From: Nemertoderma westbladi
Lineage: Eukaryota > Animalia > Xenacoelomorpha
Direction of reading: 5' to 3'
Length of the DNA: 40,380 nucleotides
Assembly: GCA_032718475.1 (NCBI GenBank)
Contig: JAUCBJ010005848.1
Coordinates: 1 to 40,380, forward strand
Shown here: positions 33,681-40,380 of the stretch, piece after piece
How the letters are laid out: each line of letters opens with the position of its first letter
How positions within the stretch are numbered: the first letter of the stretch is position 1
Program-made: the position numbers and the translations under genes
The notes under the pieces: generated by a model
The model's database searches: none
Seen by the model: the letters and a program-made list of their open reading frames with translations, nothing else
What the model was told of the DNA's origin: nothing

Positions 33681-34049
33681 CGTCAAAAAGAACGAACGCA
33701 ACGAGGCGATACGAGTATTACAGAGGCGGGCTTTTCTAACCAAAACAATAAACAGTAACATTACAAAATGAGAAAAAAAAGCAGGTAACAGAGACGGGCT
33801 TTTCTAACTATTCAATATAATTATTCAATATTGAGAAAGGCAACATCATGATTTAACTTAATGAGCGAGACATGGGGTAAAATGGACGCAAATCCCATCT
33901 TGGTGAATTAATATCCCGCCTCAATGTTAAATTTAATTTAAATTAAATATAAATATGTATTAAATATAAATTTTATATACTTAATGAAACACAGTACAAT
34001 ATATACTATAATATCGATAGAACGCGGCCAACGCACTGTACAGCAGTAC

Positions 34050-34976
34050 ACGTGGGATCTAAGTTCGCTTCTCATCTAGCGTGTGCTAAGGAAGTTGTAT
34101 AAATTGGGATCTAAGTCCCCCTAAGATATAAATTCGCTTTGCTGTCAACGTGGGATCTAAGTTCGCTTCGTGACTAGCATCGTGATTACAAAAGGCTTTT
34201 AATAGATTGAACATAAATTGGGATCTAAGTTCACCTAGTTAGGATCTAAGTTCACCTAGTTAGGATCTAAGTTCACTAAGATAGGATCTAAGTTCACCTA
34301 GTTAGGATCTAAGTTCACCTAGTTAGGATCTAAGTTCACCTAGTTAGGATCTAAGTTCACCTAGATAGGATCTAAGTTCACCTAGTTAGGATCTAAGTTT
34401 ACCTAGTTAGGATCTAAGTTCACTAAGATAGGATCTAAGTTCACCTAGTTAGGATCTAAGTTCACCTAGTTAGGATCTAAGTTCACCTAGTTAGGATCTA
34501 AGTTCACCTAGATAGGATCTAAGTTCACCTAGTTAGGATCTAAGTTCACCTAGTTAGGGTCTAAGTTCACCTAGTTAGGATCTAAGTTCATCCAGATAGG
34601 ATCTATGTTCACCTAGTTAGGATCTAAGTTCACCCAAGTAGGATCAATGTTCACTAAGATAGGATCTAAGTTCACCTAGTTAGGATCTAAGTTCACCTAG
34701 TTAGGATCTAAGTTCACCTAGTTAGGATCTAAGTTCACCTAGATAGGATCTAAGTTCACCTAGTTAGGATCTAAGTTCACCTAGTTAGGGTCTAAGTTCA
34801 CCTAGTTAGGATCTAAGTTCATCCAGATAGGATCTATGTTCACCTAGTTAGGATCTAAGTTCACCCAAGTAGGATCAATGTTCACACAGATAGGATCTAA
34901 GTTCGCCCAGGACCTAAGTTCGGAAAGATCTAAGTTCATCAAAGTCAGGCTTTGCAGGATCTAAGTTCGTTTTACC
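34050..34976 (+). repeat. 21-bp tandem array TAGGATCTAAGTTCACCTAGT (~33 copies at ~34220-34910, degenerate units on both sides), the arm of a foldback-type element
   Basis: Directly visible. It ends GGATCTAAGTTCGTTTTACC (reverse complement GGTAAAACGAACTTAGATCC), similar to the terminus GGTAGCACGAACTTAGTTCC at 23139. Confidence 0.92.
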
Positions 34977-35681
34977 GGTTCGACCGGCACAACGCCCGTG
35001 CACAATCTTTCAACCCCGCAATATTGGCTTGGCAGATTGCCAATATCAGAATATCTGAATATAGGCCTACCGCCACCGCGCATGCACCGAAAAAAACGCG
35101 CGCACACCAAGCTGCCAAGTAGACCTACCCTAGTACCTGTAATTCACATAAAATTAAATCGTAGGCCTATACTGCTATAGGCTGTAGGCCTCCTCTCTCA
35201 GTCTCTGATTTTAATCAGCTGTACAGCTCTGTACAGCTGTAGTAGGCCTATCTGCCGATCTGTACAGCTGTAGTAGGCCTATCTGCCTATTATTTCTGTA
35301 TTTATTACGGTAACGAACAATACTGCAATAGGCAAGGCCCAACACCCCAAGGCATACCAACCAGCATCTGAGCATACCGTACTGCCGTACAGCCGTAAAT
35401 ACATACCACAGTACCAGAGTACCATACCGGTCACACCGGTAGATCTGTAGATTAGGTAAGGCAGTAAGGTCTGAAGGTAGGACTTCAGTAATTTACTAAC
35501 ATAACAATAGGCCTATTACAGTATGCAGTATTAGTTAAAATAAATTTATAAATTTCCAGCACCAGCATTTTTGTTGTTTTTCACACAATTCCGCGCACTT
35601 TTATCTCATTTCCGCGCATAAGGCTGTAAGTACAGAAGTAAGGCAGTAAGGTATTGAGATTTATGCACTCTATTTGTAGCC

Positions 35682-36426
35682 TGGCTGCAAATAGCTAATT
35701 ATCCTTAAACCTTAAAAAAACGGAATATATAATCTTTAACAACTCTAGGAACTATATAACACCCAACATCACTATACGTTCCACTAATCTTACGGAAGCT
35801 ACCGCCACTAAGTTCTTATGTATATATATTGATAATAAAATTAACTGGTCGACTCATTGTGAATACATAGGCCTACTCTCTAAAATATCCAAATTATCTG
35901 GTATTTTCTTTAAATTGCGACACATTTTACCTCTACACATTATGAGAACCATGTACTTTGCACTAGTTCACCCTCACATACTGTACGGAATTTTAATGTG
36001 GGGAAATAGCTACAACTATAACACGTCGAAAATAAAGTAAAAATAAATAAGATAATCAGAGCAATAACATTTAGCCATTACCAAGCGCATGCAGCACCTA
36101 TTTATAAATCTCTACAAATCCTCCCACTAGAAAAATTATTTGACCTAGAAGTAGCTAAATTTATGTACGACATTAACAAACATAAGAAAACTGAAACCAT
36201 GCAAAAAATATTCCGTCACACAAGTACAATACACAAATATTCCACGCGCTCTGCTTCTACACAAAAGTTCTTTGTCCCTCGTGTCCGCTTACAACTTTCC
36301 CAAAATTCTATAAAATATACAGGACCTAAAATTTGGAATGATTTACCCTTAGAACTTAAAAACTCACTATCTAAAAATGCCCTAGCAAATAAATTAAAAA
36401 AACGTTTTCTCGATGCCTTGTCTTGA
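35682..36426 (+). mobile_element. Decayed 3' fragment of a CR1/L2-group (Crack/Daphne-like) LINE ORF2
   Basis: Frameshifted translation gives LSLNLKKTEYIIF, KFLCIYIDNKINWSTH, MYFALVHPHILYGILMWG, KIIRAITFSHYQAHAAPIYKSLQIL, IHKYSTRS and SIKYTGPKIWNDLPLELK, typical post-RT motifs of this group. Confidence 0.88.
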
Positions 36427-37414
36427 AGCTGGTAAAGATTCCACAAATAAAGTATCCACTTTGCGACATTAGGCATACTGTCCATACTCTACTGTAGTTA
36501 GACCTATACTGTATTTATCTGTGTTTGACTTATATACAATAAAACATCTCCAATATATCCAATGTGCAGTATATTCCTGATGGGTCCCACTAGCTAGCAA
36601 CTATTTCATAAACATGCTTTTTACATTCCGAGCACCTAAATTATCTCCTTTCGAATCTATTTTGGTTTTTTGCAATATATAACGATATCGAAAGGTGAAC
36701 TTCCGAAATGAAAGGCCCGGGCCTATCCCGGATTGAAATTGAAATTGCTCGGCATCTCGGGGCTGTACTAGCAACTGGACTGGGCCTATCTGCGTATGTC
36801 CTTATGCCGCTGTGTTCAGTGTCACTCATTGCTACCCCTGCCGAGCCGAGACTTTTCAAGATCAAGATGTATTACTTGTCTGCTTGTACGCCCACTACAG
36901 CACTATATCAGTATATCAGACTATTTCATGCTCACTATCTGACTATTTCATTGTGTACAGCCTGTCAGCTGGCGCAGAAATTGAACAGACGCAACCCAAC
37001 ACAGCATGCGGCAGCGGCACAAAGATATCAACTTCTCAAAAGTTGAAACTTCTCTCACATTACAGCCTTACAACTTACAGCCTTACGTTTCTGACATGTC
37101 TGAAAAATCGCACTACTGCACTAAATAGGCTACCCAAATATAACAATAACACCCAGCTGCCCAGACTTAACATGCCAAATGCTCAAATGTATTTTATTGT
37201 TAATTGAGGTTCTCATTGCAGCATTGTACAGTTGTAGGGTACCCGTACTGCTGTTTTAGTTATTGTAGTGTATCAGTATCATCAGATTATGGTTATGGGT
37301 TAGGTTTAGGTTTAATGAGTACTGTAGCTACTTTGATGGTTACTTGATTTGATACCGGTAGTCTTATATACTTATTTAAGAATTAATATTAATAAATTAT
37401 TGTTTATTAAAACA

Positions 37415-40380
37415 ATGGCGGAAAGAAAACAATTGGCATTTCCAGGCGTATCTGGAGTTGGAATACCCAGCTTTGAAACAATGCAATCAATGATTAGGCA
37501 TATCGACAAACAACTGTATGATAATGTTTTAGTAATGGAACGTTGTGTCAATGAGTTGTTGGATATTTCGAATGACCTTCCGACCGGAAAGTTATTTGAA
37601 TCACCAAATGAAGCAATTGAATATATTGTGGAGACAAATTTACTTGAAACTAACTCCTGCTATCAGTCAAATACTAAAGATACAGCAAAACTCCTCACAC
37701 ATATACTTAATACAATCAAAGAAAACAAAGGTAATGAGGATATTGTGTTCAATAACTTGATGAAATTCATAGCTGAAGAGGGGTTTTCAATGCCAATTGG
37801 TTCAGGGCAACTACCATTGCATCCATCCACTAATGCTTCACAATGTTCATTGAATACATTAGAAGACCCTGATGAAGAAATTAATTTTAGGTTATGGGGT
37901 GATATATGTAAACAATTTCAGGATGCTATTTTCATTCAAATTCAAAGACAACCATCAACCAGGCATAATCGCATAGCAGGACTTCTCCAATCTCTAAGTA
38001 TGATTGCACCAACTGAAGATTTATTTGTCAAATACAAGGACATTCGATGTTATCAGACCAAGCAACATGTAATAGCCTCATTGGAATGCTACAAGTCACC
38101 AGATATCGATATTGTAGGAGCAAGCAAAGCCTTACATTCACTAGTTCATGATACTTTGATACCTAATATCTGCAAAGAGCATAAGATTCTGTTATGTGGT
38201 ATATTTTCTAATGTTACTGGGAATATATTACAGGCTATGTTTGTTGATGTAGTTCTTGATGAAGTGGAACTCATCTTTGTAATGTATAAGACTAAAATCA
38301 CCGACAGGACCAGAACATCAAGCTCATCAACTTTAAATTTGAGCACAGAGTCAAAAACAAAAGGATCTCTACCAAGTTCATTTGAATCAACACAAACAAC
38401 ACTGGTAAACATTTCTACAAACGAGTTATATGCTATATCATCAATTATTCAATCAATGCAGATACTATTTACTTATTGTGACGATATTGATTGCATATCT
38501 AAACTTAACTACAAATTTGAAAAGGGCGTTCAAAGACGTGGATCTCAGAAGAAAAAGGGCGTTTTGAAGAAAAGATGCAGTTCTGCTGAGAATAAACATC
38601 ATGACACAATGTTGGGAGATACAAGTAATTTGAAAATACTTATTGATGAAAGTCAACCATCCTGTTCTTTTGCTTCTGATGAAACACGGTCCCCAAAGAG
38701 TAGAGAAATGTGGGATTGGGAGCATATTGTGAGACCAATAGCACCAGACATAGCAACTGCTATACAATCCACATTAGATGCATTGTGTGAAAGAATTGCG
38801 GAAGGAAGCAATAATGACTATATAACATCGGATACATTTCCTATAGCTTACCTGTGCAATGACTTGAGAGGAGGTCGACTGGACTTTCCAAAGATTACCA
38901 TTATGCATACAGCAACATTATTTGAAGCTGCAACCAAGCTTATACCCTTAGCATTGCTTAGTGATAAACAGTGCACTGAAATTAGAGCTGCTTTTATTGA
39001 TGCAATTGTACCAGCCCTGAGGTCAGAAATTCAATTGCACACTCAGGTAATTGGTGATCTACCAATGCATTGTTTATGGAAAACTGCTTACAGTGTGTTT
39101 GCTACAGCATCATTCTTGCGAAACATGATACTGCATCACAGCAATTCCTTAGAAACAGACGAGTCTAGGAATCCACTGCTGTTGCTCTATAGGCAATACT
39201 GTGAACATGTTGAATTTATTGATGCTCAAATTATTCAAAAACATACAATACAATTACAGACATCAATCATGCATGATGCAGAAAGCAATAATTGGATGGA
39301 CGCCAAGGCGTTTTATGAGGGACAAAGAGGGTCATTTGCTGTAGAAATGTGGTATTTCTACATTTTAAATACTGTTGAAGATATACTTACATACCTTCCT
39401 CCTAAATTAGGTCAGACTACATGTCTCAAGATATTGTCTGAATCTTTAGATATGTTGGTTCATAGATATTCACAAGGCAAACCATCAGACCAACGCGTTG
39501 TTCAGTTTAGGGCTGATATATATGTTATTCTGCTGGCAACAGTTAAGTTCTTGTATATCCTGTGTCCTGTACCTTCCATTTTGTTGGATACATCCCCAAA
39601 TTACCAAGTATATCTTACAATACACAATCACTGTAATGCTCTACTGTCAACTGTAGCTCTTATGGCTTCACCGTTACGTGAAATCTACAACAACTTCCGC
39701 TTTGGCTTCAGTGGTAAACAGGAAGATTCACCTAATCTTAGCAATTCGGGATTTGGAATTCATGGCTATCCAAGTCAGTGGCTACATTGGATTGAGCCAT
39801 CCGTATTTCCTCTGGAACATGTCAAAACATTTTCTCAACTCCCCAAAGAAATCACAAGCTATTTGCTGGTGAATTTAATAACTAAGTCCCCAACTACACC
39901 ATATAGTCTGGTGGTTATGTCCATACTGTTAAATGGTACATTTTTACCATCTCTGATTGTAGAGAAAGCATATAATGATATTCATTCATTGAAGTTAGAA
40001 ACCGACGATACACACTCATCCAACTGCAATGGAGTACTTTGTATGAATCACCATTTGGATTCTTACTCTGAGCTAACAAACCTTGCTTTCCCGTTTTCAA
40101 ACATCATAATTAGATGCAGTCCTGATCTGACACTATTCTCACAATTCTTAATTGCCATTATTAGAAAAGTAGACAACTATACTATATTTAATTGCGACGA
40201 ACCACCAGAGTGGTGTGTCCTCCCTATGTGGTACCACTGTATTCACTCCCCATTAAGCGAATTTGTAGAACCTATGATTAATGCCACTCTTACAGAGTTG
40301 GAAAATATCCTTCGCCCACAAATAAGTGAGTTCAAGCGATCCCTGAAAGAATTGCCATGTGGGTGCAAATTAAGGAGGGG
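37415..40380 (+). CDS. KIAA0825: KIAA0825-like (DUF4495 domain) protein, 5' part; the ORF is still open at the window end (~988 codons)
   Basis: ACAATGG start. The frame checked at the start and at ~39.3 kb is the same, and its absence from the ORF track is consistent with no stop before the edge. The motif TSIMHDAESNNWMDAKAFYEGQRGSFAVEMWYFY (~39260-39361) resembles, from memory, the KIAA0825 DAES..W...KAFYEGERCSFSIQMW motif. The N-terminal IDKQL...CV.EL segment and SLNTLED...WGDI segment are also similar. Confidence 0.85.
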   Translation, partial: MAERKQLAFPGVSGVGIPSFETMQSMIRHIDKQLYDNVLVMERCVNELLDISNDLPTGKLFESPNEAIEYIVETNLLETNSCYQSNTKDTAKLLTHILNTIKENKGNEDIVFNNLMKFIAEEGFSMPIGSGQLPLHPSTNASQCSLNTLEDPDEEINFRLWGDICKQFQDAIFIQIQRQPSTRHNRIAGLLQSLSMIAPTEDLFVKYKDIRCYQTKQHVIASLECYKSPDIDIVGASKALHSLVHDTLIPNICKEHKILLCGIFSNVTGNILQAMFVDVVLDEVELIFVMYKTKITDRTRTSSSSTLNLSTESKTKGSLPSSFESTQTTLVNISTNELYAISSIIQSMQILFTYCDDIDCISKLNYKFEKGVQRRGSQKKKGVLKKRCSSAENKHHDTMLGDTSNLKILIDESQPSCSFASDETRSPKSREMWDWEHIVRPIAPDIATAIQSTLDALCERIAEGSNNDYITSDTFPIAYLCNDLRGGRLDFPKITIMHTATLFEAATKLIPLALLSDKQCTEIRAAFIDAIVPALRSEIQLHTQVIGDLPMHCLWKTAYSVFATASFLRNMILHHSNSLETDESRNPLLLLYRQYCEHVEFIDAQIIQKHTIQLQTSIMHDAESNNWMDAKAFYEGQRGSFAVEMWYFYILNTVEDILTYLPPKLGQTTCLKILSESLDMLVHRYSQGKPSDQRVVQFRADIYVILLATVKFLYILCPVPSILLDTSPNYQVYLTIHNHCNALLSTVALMASPLREIYNNFRFGFSGKQEDSPNLSNSGFGIHGYPSQWLHWIEPSVFPLEHVKTFSQLPKEITSYLLVNLITKSPTTPYSLVVMSILLNGTFLPSLIVEKAYNDIHSLKLETDDTHSSNCNGVLCMNHHLDSYSELTNLAFPFSNIIIRCSPDLTLFSQFLIAIIRKVDNYTIFNCDEPPEWCVLPMWYHCIHSPLSEFVEPMINATLTELENILRPQISEFKRSLKELPCGCKLRR

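Noticed and set aside
36641-37207. Overlapping 74-131-aa ORFs upstream of KIAA0825
   Set aside because: No recognisable motifs or consistent splice signals. Probably UTR or promoter sequence, though a first exon of a minus-strand gene cannot be excluded.
37545-40100. Short ORFs listed within the last 3 kb
   Set aside because: They are off-frame or antisense shadows of the long KIAA0825-like reading frame.

Overview
AT-rich eukaryotic genomic DNA with spliceosomal GT-AG introns, probably from an invertebrate bilaterian (inferred from FoxO, a KIAA0825 homologue and a perfect CTCF motif). It is not prokaryotic and has no CRISPR array. Genes: (1) the last coding exon of FoxO (+, 2672-3781); (2) the 3' exons of a Q/P/G/Y-rich low-complexity protein gene (-, 15987-18941, probably with another exon at 29746-29936); (3) a complete 5-exon atypical Ras-superfamily (Rab-like) gene (+, 19712-22085) with a degenerate G2/G3, an R/S/T/P repeat N-terminus and a CAAX box, probably nested antisense in an intron of gene 2; (4) a single-coding-exon predicted type I membrane protein (-, 31692-32648); (5) a KIAA0825/DUF4495 homologue read as one uninterrupted ~3 kb ORF running off the right end (+, from 37415), which the ORF track misses. 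A block carrying only exons 4-5 of the GTPase gene is duplicated about 13 kb upstream (~8302-14710 vs ~21518-26340). The two copies differ by a 5'-truncated LINE, a 28-bp minisatellite, a deletion and a roughly 5-fold difference in a 17-bp satellite. The very long six-frame ORFs are artefacts of stop-free tandem repeats. Several of these arrays are expanded arms of inverted-repeat (foldback/Mutator-like) elements. Many MITE- and Helentron-like fragments fill the rest.
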